DNA of 64,000 bases from Rhodothermales bacterium (GTDB lineage Bacteria > Bacteroidota > Rhodothermia > Rhodothermales > JANQRZ01): positions 237,385 to 301,384 of the forward strand of contig JANQRZ010000018.1 of NCBI GenBank assembly GCA_028284265.1. The letters are read 5' to 3'. Positions 45,624-53,466 of the stretch are shown here, piece after piece; positions within the stretch are counted from its first letter, which is position 1, and every line of letters begins with the position of its first letter. The notes under the pieces were generated by a model that worked only from the letters and a program-made list of their open reading frames with translations, made no database searches and had not been told where the DNA came from. The translations under genes and the position numbers were made by a program.

Positions 45624-47012
45624 ATGCCCACCTTCACCCGCCGCCTGTCCCTCGACGTACCCGCTGAACGTCTGTTCGCGTGGCACGACCATCGGGGCGC
45701 GTTCGACCGGCTGACGCCGCCGTGGCAACCCGTTCGGCTGGAACGGTTCGAGGGCATCCGCGATGGACAGCGGGCTGTCATCAAGCTCGGACCGGGGCCG
45801 CTCGCGCTGACATGGGAGGCCGAACACTTCGGGTTCGCGCAGGGCCGACAGTTCAACGATCGGCAGGTGCGCGGTCCGTTCGCCGCGTGGACCCACGCCC
45901 ACCGAATGCTGCCCGATGGGCCAAACCGTTCGACGCTGGAAGACCACGTCGAATACCGCCTACCGCTTGCCCCGCTGTCGAAGGTCGCCCGTGGCTTCGC
46001 CCGGAGCGAGATCGACCGCCTGTTCGCCTATCGGCACCGCGTGACGAAGGAAGACCTCGCCCGTCACGCGGCCTACGACCTCGCCCCGATGACCGTCGCC
46101 ATCACCGGCTCGACGGGCCTACTCGGCGAAGCACTCGTCGCATTTCTGACGACCGGCGGGCACCGCGTCGTCCGGCTCGTCCGGTCGCGGGAGGCAGTGA
46201 ATCGGTACGCAGATCGGAAGGACGAGCGGGCGGCCTATTGGAATCCGTCAACGGGCGAAATAGATCAGGCCGCGCTGGACGGCATCGACGCCGTTGTTCA
46301 CCTCGCGGGCGAGAACGTCTTCGGGCTGCGCTGGAGCGAGGCCAAGAAGCAGCGCATCCTCGACAGCCGCGTGCTCGGCACCCGACTCCTCGCCGACACC
46401 TTTGCCCGACTCGACAACCCGCCACCCGTCTTGCTCTCCGCCTCAGCGAGCGGGTTCTATGGCGACCAGCGCGACGCCCGCGTTACTGAAGCCGACGGCT
46501 CAGGCTCAGGCTTTCTCGCCGACGTCTGCCGAGCGTGGGAAGATGCGACAGCCCCTGCTATGGACGCAGGCCTTCGCACGGTCCACCTCCGCATCGGCCT
46601 CGTGCTGACGCCGCGGGGCGGCTTCCTCGGAACGATGCTGCCTGCGTTTCAGCTCGGCCTCGGCGGGACGGTTGGTGGCGGAGAGGCCTATCTGCCCTGG
46701 GTCGCGCTCGACGACATCCTCTACGCCGTGCTGCACCTGCTTGCGACGGAGCAGAGCGGGCCAATCAACCTCGGCGCGCCGGAGCCGGTCACGCAGCGCG
46801 TGTTCACGAAGACTCTCGGGAGGGTGCTGCGTCGCCCAGCGATTATGGGCGTCCCGGCAGTCGCCATCCGCACCGTCATGGGCGAGGCCGCCGACGAGAT
46901 GGCTCTCAAGAGCGTCCGCATGATCCCCGAGGCGCTCGTGAACTCCGGCTTTTCGTTCGCGTATCCCGACCTCGAACCGGCCCTCCGCCACCTTCTCGGT
47001 CGCACGACATGA
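45624..47012 (+). CDS. SRPBCC (START/cyclase-like) domain fused to a TIGR01777/YfcH-type atypical SDR (epimerase family, DUF1731 C-terminus)
   Basis: The N-terminal roughly 150 aa contain FAWHDHRGAFDRLTPPW...HRM. These are followed by ITGSTGLLGEAL, a Rossmann fold and a C-terminal FSFAYPDLEPALRHLL. Confidence 0.8.
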   Translation: MPTFTRRLSLDVPAERLFAWHDHRGAFDRLTPPWQPVRLERFEGIRDGQRAVIKLGPGPLALTWEAEHFGFAQGRQFNDRQVRGPFAAWTHAHRMLPDGPNRSTLEDHVEYRLPLAPLSKVARGFARSEIDRLFAYRHRVTKEDLARHAAYDLAPMTVAITGSTGLLGEALVAFLTTGGHRVVRLVRSREAVNRYADRKDERAAYWNPSTGEIDQAALDGIDAVVHLAGENVFGLRWSEAKKQRILDSRVLGTRLLADTFARLDNPPPVLLSASASGFYGDQRDARVTEADGSGSGFLADVCRAWEDATAPAMDAGLRTVHLRIGLVLTPRGGFLGTMLPAFQLGLGGTVGGGEAYLPWVALDDILYAVLHLLATEQSGPINLGAPEPVTQRVFTKTLGRVLRRPAIMGVPAVAIRTVMGEAADEMALKSVRMIPEALVNSGFSFAYPDLEPALRHLLGRTT

Positions 47013-47656
47013 CTCGCCTCCCGCTTCTTGCTCTCGTCCTCGCGCTCGCCGCTACCGGCTGCGTGAGTGTCAACGAGACGGCCTCGCCCGACCTCGACGA
47101 AGCTGCCGTCGATCTCGATGACCAACTCGACGCGCCCGGCTTGCTGGCTGCGACAGCGGTGCTCTACCACACCTCGACCGAGCGCTATCCCGTCACGCCA
47201 TTCGACCTCCTCGGCTCGAAGGCGGCGCGCGAAACGGGCTTGCAGAACCTCGGCCTGAGCGACCTGACCGTGTCGCCCGACGGCAACGGCGTCCGCCTCA
47301 ACTATACCCTGCTCCCCACCGCCGCCGATCCGTCCGACCGTTTCGGCTCGGTGACAGTGACCGAGACCGACACCGCCGGCACCTACACCGTCGGCCTGCT
47401 CTTGGAGCGCATCGCCGATCCTGACCTGAGTGGCAAGGCGCTGCCGCTGGCACAACGCGGAGTGTACAACGTGGTCCGGGCGAAGGGCACACTCTGCGCC
47501 GAGGTCGAGACGATCCGCGAGCGCATAGCCGCACAGGACGAGGTCGGTGCCCCGCCGCTGACCACGGGCGAGGCGTACACGGTCACGTTTACGGCGTCGG
47601 ATGGCGTCACGTCCGGGGCGCTCCGCGAGGGCATCACGGTCACCCTGCCTCGCTGA
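47009..47656 (+). CDS. Lipoprotein, function unknown
   Basis: Starts MTRLPLLALVLALAATGC (lipobox). Its ATG overlaps the upstream stop (ATGA). The 373-aa track ORF beginning at 46535 is an out-of-frame over-extension. Confidence 0.5.
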   Translation: MTRLPLLALVLALAATGCVSVNETASPDLDEAAVDLDDQLDAPGLLAATAVLYHTSTERYPVTPFDLLGSKAARETGLQNLGLSDLTVSPDGNGVRLNYTLLPTAADPSDRFGSVTVTETDTAGTYTVGLLLERIADPDLSGKALPLAQRGVYNVVRAKGTLCAEVETIRERIAAQDEVGAPPLTTGEAYTVTFTASDGVTSGALREGITVTLPR

Positions 47657-47710
47657 CACCGGCTGCCGTAGTTTGACGGCACCGCCTTTTTCCACTTCTC
47701 CTCTTCAGCG

Positions 47711-48967
47711 ATGCCAACGTATGACGTGCTCATCGTCGGCGCAGGACTGGCCGGGTTGAACTGCGCCCGCGAACTGCACCGGCACGGCGTCTCGTGCAAA
47801 GTGATCGAAGCCTCCGACGGCGTCGGCGGGCGCGTCCGCACCGACGAGGTGGACGGCTTCCTCCTCGACCGAGGCTTTCAGGTTCTGCTAACGGCCTACC
47901 CCGAGGCGCAGCGCGTGCTCGACTATGACGCGCTCGACCTCCGCTCGTTCTACGATGGCGCACTCGTCCGCTTCGACGGGGCCTTCCACCGCGTCGCCGA
48001 TCCGCTCCGCGAGCCGCTTGCTGCGCCCTCGACCGTCTTCTCCCCCGTCGGCACGCTCGGCGACAAGCTCCGCACGCTCAAGCTCCGGCAAGCCGTCCGC
48101 TCGCCCGACCTCGCCGCGCTGTGGGCACGCGACGAGATCACGACGCGCCAGGCCCTGACCGAGCGCTACGGGTTCTCCGACACGATGGTCCGCCGCTTCT
48201 TCGAGCCGTTCCTCGGCGGCATCCTGCTGGACCCCGACCTCGGCGCATCGAGCCGGGCGTTCGAGTTCTACTTCCGCATGTTCACTGAGGGCGACACCGC
48301 CGTGCCCGCACGCGGGATGCAGCAAATCCCCGAGCAACTGGCGGCGGGGCTGGAGGATCACACGATCCAGCTCAACACCCGCGTGCAGCGCGTCGCCCCC
48401 GGCACGGTGACGCTTGAAACAGGTGCGGAGGTCGAAGCCTCGGCGGTCGTCGTCGCCACCGACGGGCCTGAGTTGGCGTACCTCCTTGACGGGTTCGACC
48501 CGCCCGCCTCGCGCTCGGTCCTGTGCCTCTACTACGCGGCGGACGAAGCGCCGACGGACGACCCAGTCCTAGTGCTTGATGGCGAAGGCGGCGGGCTGGT
48601 CAACAACCTCGTGGTGATGAGCAACGTCTCGCCGCACTACGCGCCACCGGGCAAGGCACTTGTCTCCGTCTCCGTCATCGGCAACCCAACACAGTCGGAC
48701 GCCGAGGTCGAGACCAGCGTGCGCGCCCATCTCCGGCGGTGGTACCCTGCCGCCGGGGCGTGGCAGCACCTCAAGACCTACCGGATTCTGCACGCGCAGC
48801 CCTCTCAGGCTCCGCCCGCGCTCTCGCCACCGGAGCGGTCGGCTAAACTCAGCGACGGCCTCTACCTCGCGGGCGACCACCGAACGAACGCCTCAATCAA
48901 CGGCGCGCTCGTCTCGGGCCGACGCGCTGCCGAGGCCGTCCTCGCCGACCTCGGCGTGCCGGTGTGA
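47711..48967 (+). CDS. FAD/NAD(P)-dependent oxidoreductase (amine oxidase / phytoene desaturase-like)
   Basis: YDVLIVGAGLAGLNCARELHRHGVSCKVIEASDGVGGR dinucleotide-binding motif. Confidence 0.8.
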   Translation: MPTYDVLIVGAGLAGLNCARELHRHGVSCKVIEASDGVGGRVRTDEVDGFLLDRGFQVLLTAYPEAQRVLDYDALDLRSFYDGALVRFDGAFHRVADPLREPLAAPSTVFSPVGTLGDKLRTLKLRQAVRSPDLAALWARDEITTRQALTERYGFSDTMVRRFFEPFLGGILLDPDLGASSRAFEFYFRMFTEGDTAVPARGMQQIPEQLAAGLEDHTIQLNTRVQRVAPGTVTLETGAEVEASAVVVATDGPELAYLLDGFDPPASRSVLCLYYAADEAPTDDPVLVLDGEGGGLVNNLVVMSNVSPHYAPPGKALVSVSVIGNPTQSDAEVETSVRAHLRRWYPAAGAWQHLKTYRILHAQPSQAPPALSPPERSAKLSDGLYLAGDHRTNASINGALVSGRRAAEAVLADLGVPV

Positions 48968-49410
48968 TGACCACCGCGCACGCCCTCGTGCTGGCGAACG
49001 TCTTCGCCACGCTGACGATGTTCGGCGTGATCTGGATCGTGCAAATCGTTCACTATCCACTCTTCGCGGGCGTCGGGGCAGAAGGGTTTGTCGACTACGA
49101 GGCCGCGCATCAGGCGCGGATTACATGGATCGTCTTCCCGGCGATGCTGCTCGAACTCGGCACCGCCCTTGCGCTCCTCTGGCACCGGCCCGAGGTGGTG
49201 CCCGCGTGGCTCATCTGGACCGGCGCGGCGCTCGTCGGCGTCGTGTGGCTCTCGACCGCCTTCATCCAAGTGCCGCTGCACACCACCCTCTCCGCTGGAT
49301 TCGACGGCGACGCCCACGCCCGACTCGTCGCGTCGAACTGGATTCGGACCATCGCGTGGTCGCTGCGCGCCGGACTGGTACTTTGGATGACCGCGCTGCT
49401 TATGCGATGA
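48964..49410 (+). CDS. Four-TM membrane protein (DUF1772-like, tentative)
   Basis: 148 aa, hydrophobic. Its start overlaps the upstream stop (GTGATGA), suggesting translational coupling with the oxidoreductase. Confidence 0.45.
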   Translation: MMTTAHALVLANVFATLTMFGVIWIVQIVHYPLFAGVGAEGFVDYEAAHQARITWIVFPAMLLELGTALALLWHRPEVVPAWLIWTGAALVGVVWLSTAFIQVPLHTTLSAGFDGDAHARLVASNWIRTIAWSLRAGLVLWMTALLMR

Positions 49411-49438
49411 CGCTAGCGCCACATTATCCATACAACTT

Positions 49439-49522
49439 GTCATTGCGAGCGCAGCGAAGCAATCTCTCGAGAAATGGAGCTACTTAGGGAGATTGCCGCG
49501 TCGCTACGCTCCTCGCAATGAC
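49439..49522. repeat. Palindromic REP/MITE-like element (GTCATTGCGAG...CTCGCAATGAC)
   Basis: Left arm GTCATTGCGAGCGCAGCGAAGCAATCTC; right arm GAGATTGCCGCGTCGCTACGCTCCTCGCAATGAC. The outer 11 nt and inner 8 nt are perfectly complementary, with a 22-nt loop. The right arm contains the first ATG of the glpD ORF. Confidence 0.6.
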
Positions 49523-51098
49523 AACTCACCTAGACGCCATGAACCGCGACACGATGCTCGACGCCCTCACGGGCACGACCGAACTTTGGGACTTCGTGAT
49601 CGTCGGCGGCGGAGCGACGGGGCTAGGGTGTGCCATCGAGGCGGCCTCGCGCGGCTACCGGACGCTGCTGCTGGAGCAAAGTGACTTCGCCAAGGGCACG
49701 TCGAGTCGCTCGACCAAGCTCGTCCACGGCGGGGTGCGGTATCTCCGGCAGGGCAACGTCGCCCTCGTCCTCGAAGCACTCAAGGAGCGCGGCCTCCTCC
49801 TCCAGAACGCGCCCCACCTCGTGCGCGACCTGCCGTTCGTCGTGCCGAACTATGCGTGGTGGGAAGGGCCGTTCTACGGGATCGGGCTGAAGATGTACGA
49901 CCTCCTCGCCGGGCGCTCTGGCTTCGGGCGGAGCGAGCACCTCTCGAAAGAAGAAACCCTCGCCCGACTGCCGACACTCGAACCCGACGGCCTCGACGGC
50001 GGAGTGATCTATTACGACGGTCAGTTCGACGACGCCCGCCTCGCCATCAACCTCGCGCAGACAGCGGCGGAGCAGGGTGGCGTACTGCTGAACTACGTTG
50101 AGGTCGTCGGCCTCATCCACGAGCACGACGAGGTGCGCGGTGTCCTCGCCCGCGATGTGGAGACGGGTACTGAGCACGAGATTCGGGCGAAGGCCGTCAT
50201 CAACGCGACCGGCATCTTCACCGATCAGATTCGCCGGATGGACGACGCCGAGGCCAAGCCGATGATCACGACGAGCCAAGGCATCCACATTGTCCTCGAC
50301 CGGCAATTCCTCCCCGGCACCACTGCCATCATGGTCCCCAAGACCGACGACGGGCGCGTCCTCTTCGCCATCCCGTGGCACGACCGCGTGCTCGTCGGGA
50401 CGACCGACACCGAGGTGCCGAAGGCTGAGTTGGAGCCGCGTCCGCTGGCAGAGGAACTCGACTATCTCTTCGAGCACACCGCCCGCTACCTCACCCAGAA
50501 CCCGACCGCCGAGGATGTCCTCTCGACCTTCGCCGGGCTGCGTCCGCTCGTCGGCAACCCCGACGGTGAGGGCACGGCGGCGCTCTCGCGGGACCACACG
50601 CTCCACATCTCTAAGTCGGGCCTCGTCACGATCACCGGCGGCAAGTGGACCACCTACCGCAAGATGGCCGAGGACACCATCGACCAAGCCGCCACCCTCG
50701 CCGACCTCCCCGACCGCGACTCGGTCACGCGCACCCTCCCGATCCACGGACACCACCCGGACTCTGGCCCCTTCGGCGACCTCGCCGACTACGGCTCCGA
50801 CGCTCCGGCGGTGCAAGCGCTCATCGAAGAGCGCGAGGCGTGGGGCGAACGGCTGCACCCTGACCGACCGGTACGGGCGGGCGAGGTCGTGTGGTCCGTA
50901 CGGCACGAGATGGCGCGGACGGTGGAGGACGTGCTCTCCCGGCGGCGGCGGACGCTGTTGCTGGATGCGAGGGCGAGTATCGAGATGGCCCCGGCGGTGG
51001 CGGCGCTCATGGCCGAGGAACTAGGGCGCGACGAGGCGTGGCAACGCGAACAGATCGAGGTGTACCGAGCGCTGGCAAGTGGTTATCTGGTGGCATGA
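49518..51098 (+). CDS. glpD: FAD-dependent glycerol-3-phosphate dehydrogenase/oxidase
   Basis: DFVIVGGGATGLGCAIEAASRGYRTLLLEQSDFAKGTSSRSTKLVHGGVRYL motif. The true start may be the ATG at 49539 (MNRDTML), because 49518 lies inside the palindromic repeat. Confidence 0.9.
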   Translation: MTTHLDAMNRDTMLDALTGTTELWDFVIVGGGATGLGCAIEAASRGYRTLLLEQSDFAKGTSSRSTKLVHGGVRYLRQGNVALVLEALKERGLLLQNAPHLVRDLPFVVPNYAWWEGPFYGIGLKMYDLLAGRSGFGRSEHLSKEETLARLPTLEPDGLDGGVIYYDGQFDDARLAINLAQTAAEQGGVLLNYVEVVGLIHEHDEVRGVLARDVETGTEHEIRAKAVINATGIFTDQIRRMDDAEAKPMITTSQGIHIVLDRQFLPGTTAIMVPKTDDGRVLFAIPWHDRVLVGTTDTEVPKAELEPRPLAEELDYLFEHTARYLTQNPTAEDVLSTFAGLRPLVGNPDGEGTAALSRDHTLHISKSGLVTITGGKWTTYRKMAEDTIDQAATLADLPDRDSVTRTLPIHGHHPDSGPFGDLADYGSDAPAVQALIEEREAWGERLHPDRPVRAGEVVWSVRHEMARTVEDVLSRRRRTLLLDARASIEMAPAVAALMAEELGRDEAWQREQIEVYRALASGYLVA

Positions 51099-51245
51099 GC
51101 CTCCGCTTCTCGTGTACCCCCGCTTTCAGGTGCTTGAGCGAAGCGATGCGCGTCCGAACGGGGGGCCGATGTTACCGGATCGTGAGCGGGCATCGCGAAC
51201 GCGGGCGTATTCTTGTGACTCTCTTTCCTCGCCAGCACCCTGACT

Positions 51246-51695
51246 GTGTTCGAGCCACGCGATCCCGACTTTGAAGCCCGCGTCCGGGCGAGCTTCGCCC
51301 GGCAGCATCTGATGCAGACCATCGGGGCCGAGATGACCGCCGTCCGCCCCGGCGAGGTCGAACTCACGCTGCCGTTCCGCGACGACCTCACGCAGCAGCA
51401 CGGCTTTCTCCACGCCGCTGTCGTCACGGCCATCGCCGACAGCGCAAGCGGCTACGCGGCGTTTACGCTCATGGCCGCCGACCGCGACGTGCTCTCGGTC
51501 GAGTTCAAGGTCAACCTCCTCGCCCCGGCGGCAGGCGAGCGATTCATCGCCACGGGTCGCGTGCTCCGACCGGGCCGCACACTCACCGTCTGCGCCGCCG
51601 AGGTCCACGCCGAGCACTCCGGCCAGCGCAAGCTGATCGCCGCGATGCAAGCGACGATGATGGCCCTCGAACCGATCCACGACCAACCGCTCTAG
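51246..51695 (+). CDS. PaaI-family hotdog-fold thioesterase
   Basis: HGFLHAAVVTAIADSASGYAA and RTLTVCAAEV resemble the PaaI/DUF4442 hotdog core. Confidence 0.75.
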   Translation: MFEPRDPDFEARVRASFARQHLMQTIGAEMTAVRPGEVELTLPFRDDLTQQHGFLHAAVVTAIADSASGYAAFTLMAADRDVLSVEFKVNLLAPAAGERFIATGRVLRPGRTLTVCAAEVHAEHSGQRKLIAAMQATMMALEPIHDQPL

Positions 51696-51698
51696 CCC

Positions 51699-52466
51699 AT
51701 GCCCTCCCGCCGCCTCACCATCACCAGCCCGCACGGCCACACCCTCGCCGCTCGCCTCGACCTGCCCGACACCGAGCCGGTCGCCGGGGCGCTCTTCGCC
51801 CACTGCTTTACGTGCTCCAAAGACCTCAAGGCCGTCGGCGCGATCAGCCGAGCGCTCAACGCCGAGGGCATCGCCGTCCTCCGGTTCGACTTCACCGGCC
51901 TCGGTCAGAGCGAAGGCGAGTTCGCCGACTCCACCTTCTCGACCGACGTGGCCGACCTCGTAGCCGCCGCCGAGTGTATGCGCAATGAACTGGCTGCGCC
52001 TGCGATCCTCGTCGGGCACTCGCTTGGCGGGGCGGCGGTGCTGCAAGCAGCGGGTCGGATTCCGAGCATCAAGGCCGTCGCCACCATCGGGGCACCGTGC
52101 GACCCGGAGCATGTCCGCCACCTGTTCGCCGAATCGCTGGGCGAGATCGAAGCAAAGGGCGAGGCGTGCGTGGTCCTCGCCGGGCGGGAGTTCACGATCC
52201 GCAAGTCGTTCGTGGACGACCTTGCGATGCAGCGCATGGACGAGGCGATCCGCAGCTTGGGCCGGGCGCTGCTCGTCTTCCACGCGCCGGGCGACCAGAC
52301 GGTGGGCATTGAGAACGCGGCGCACATCTTCCAAGCCGCGAAGCACCCCAAGAGCTTCGTCTCGCTCGACACCGCCGACCACCTCCTGACCGATGAGCGC
52401 GACGCCGAGTACGCCGGCGATGTCCTCGCGGCGTGGGCACGGCGCTACATCACCGAGGCAGGCTGA
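51699..52466 (+). CDS. Alpha/beta hydrolase
   Basis: LVGHSLGGAAVL nucleophile elbow and FAHCFTCSKD region typical of the hydrolase half of OsmC-fused hydrolases. Confidence 0.8.
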   Translation: MPSRRLTITSPHGHTLAARLDLPDTEPVAGALFAHCFTCSKDLKAVGAISRALNAEGIAVLRFDFTGLGQSEGEFADSTFSTDVADLVAAAECMRNELAAPAILVGHSLGGAAVLQAAGRIPSIKAVATIGAPCDPEHVRHLFAESLGEIEAKGEACVVLAGREFTIRKSFVDDLAMQRMDEAIRSLGRALLVFHAPGDQTVGIENAAHIFQAAKHPKSFVSLDTADHLLTDERDAEYAGDVLAAWARRYITEAG

Positions 52467-52783
52467 TGTGGGAGACGTTCAAGGAGTGGTTCTTCAGTCT
52501 CGGAGCCGAGTACGGCGTGGACCCGCTAATCTTCGGCGCGATCTACGTCGGGGCGATCCCGTTCTTCACACTCTCGCTGGGGTGGCTGATTCGGAATCTG
52601 CGGCGGAAGAAGTCGGCGGCGCTCCCGGCGTTCTTCACGCTGTTCTTCTTCTGCTCGGCGTACCTGTACCTGCTCGTCGCCGGACAGAACATCCCGTGGT
52701 GGGTCTACGGCCTCGTCGCAGCGATGGTCGTCCTCGGCGCGGTCTCGACGGTGCGGAAGGTGCGGGCGCGACTCGCGGAATAG
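52466..52783 (+). CDS. Small 3-TM membrane protein (hypothetical)
   Basis: Starts MWETFKEWFFSLG. Its ATG overlaps the upstream TGA (TGATG). Hydrophobic. Confidence 0.45.
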   Translation: MWETFKEWFFSLGAEYGVDPLIFGAIYVGAIPFFTLSLGWLIRNLRRKKSAALPAFFTLFFFCSAYLYLLVAGQNIPWWVYGLVAAMVVLGAVSTVRKVRARLAE

Positions 52784-52784
52784 G

Positions 52785-53354
52785 TCAACCCGCCGCTTCG
52801 AGACCGGTAACGATCTCTTCCAGCGTAGTCCGCCCCTTGTCGCGAGCGTAGAACCGGCGGACGATTTTGTAGCGCTCCTCGGAGTCCATCTTCAGGCCCT
52901 CCTCCAGCACCCACCGCTGCAGGTCGGTCGGGCGCGGCCCCCACCAGCCCTGCTCCTCGAAGTCCGCGTTGAGTAGGATCACGACGGGGATCGAGCGCGA
53001 CTTGCCGTTCGTCAGGTGCTGGTCCATCAGGTCGAGGTGCTCATCGCGCGCGATTAGGCGGAGGTCGAGATTCGGAACGGCCTCGGCGAGGCGGGCGAGG
53101 ACGGGAACGATATTGACCGCATCGCCGCACCAGTCTTCGGAGAGGACGAGGAGGTGCCAGTCGCCCGGCACAGCAGCGGCCCGCGCCACAAGGTCGTCGG
53201 GCAGGCGGACGCGGTCCCACACGCTCTGCCAAAGCTGAGTGTTTTTCTCGGCGGTCGGCAGAAAGGTCTCGAACGAGACGCCTTGCTCGTAATAGGCTTC
53301 GAGCGAGCCGTCAGTAGCAGCGGGAAAGAGTGGGGTGAGAAGACGATCAGACAT
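52785..53354 (-). CDS. Thioredoxin-fold family protein
   Basis: LLVLSEDWCGDAVNIVPVL is a thioredoxin-like motif with a single Cys. Confidence 0.65.
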   Translation of the reverse strand: MSDRLLTPLFPAATDGSLEAYYEQGVSFETFLPTAEKNTQLWQSVWDRVRLPDDLVARAAAVPGDWHLLVLSEDWCGDAVNIVPVLARLAEAVPNLDLRLIARDEHLDLMDQHLTNGKSRSIPVVILLNADFEEQGWWGPRPTDLQRWVLEEGLKMDSEERYKIVRRFYARDKGRTTLEEIVTGLEAAG

Positions 53355-53466
53355 GGCGCATCGATTGGGTGAGGGCGCTTGTATGCCCCACCGTCCGGCA
53401 CGTTCTCACGGCCCGGTCACAACGAAACCTAGCGGAACCGGACCGGCGATCTTGCTTTCACGCACG

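Noticed and set aside
46535-47656. 373-aa plus-strand ORF overlapping the end of the SRPBCC-YfcH gene
   Set aside because: The first roughly 160 codons are an Arg/Pro-rich out-of-frame overlap. Only the part from the ATG at 47009 (lipoprotein signal MTRLPLLALVLALAATGC) is credible.
49623-50906. 427-aa minus-strand ORF
   Set aside because: Antisense to glpD, which carries the FAD-binding GxGxxG and conserved GlpD motifs.
51126-52382. 418-aa minus-strand ORF
   Set aside because: Antisense to the PaaI thioesterase and alpha/beta hydrolase genes, both of which have family motifs and coupled start/stop spacing.
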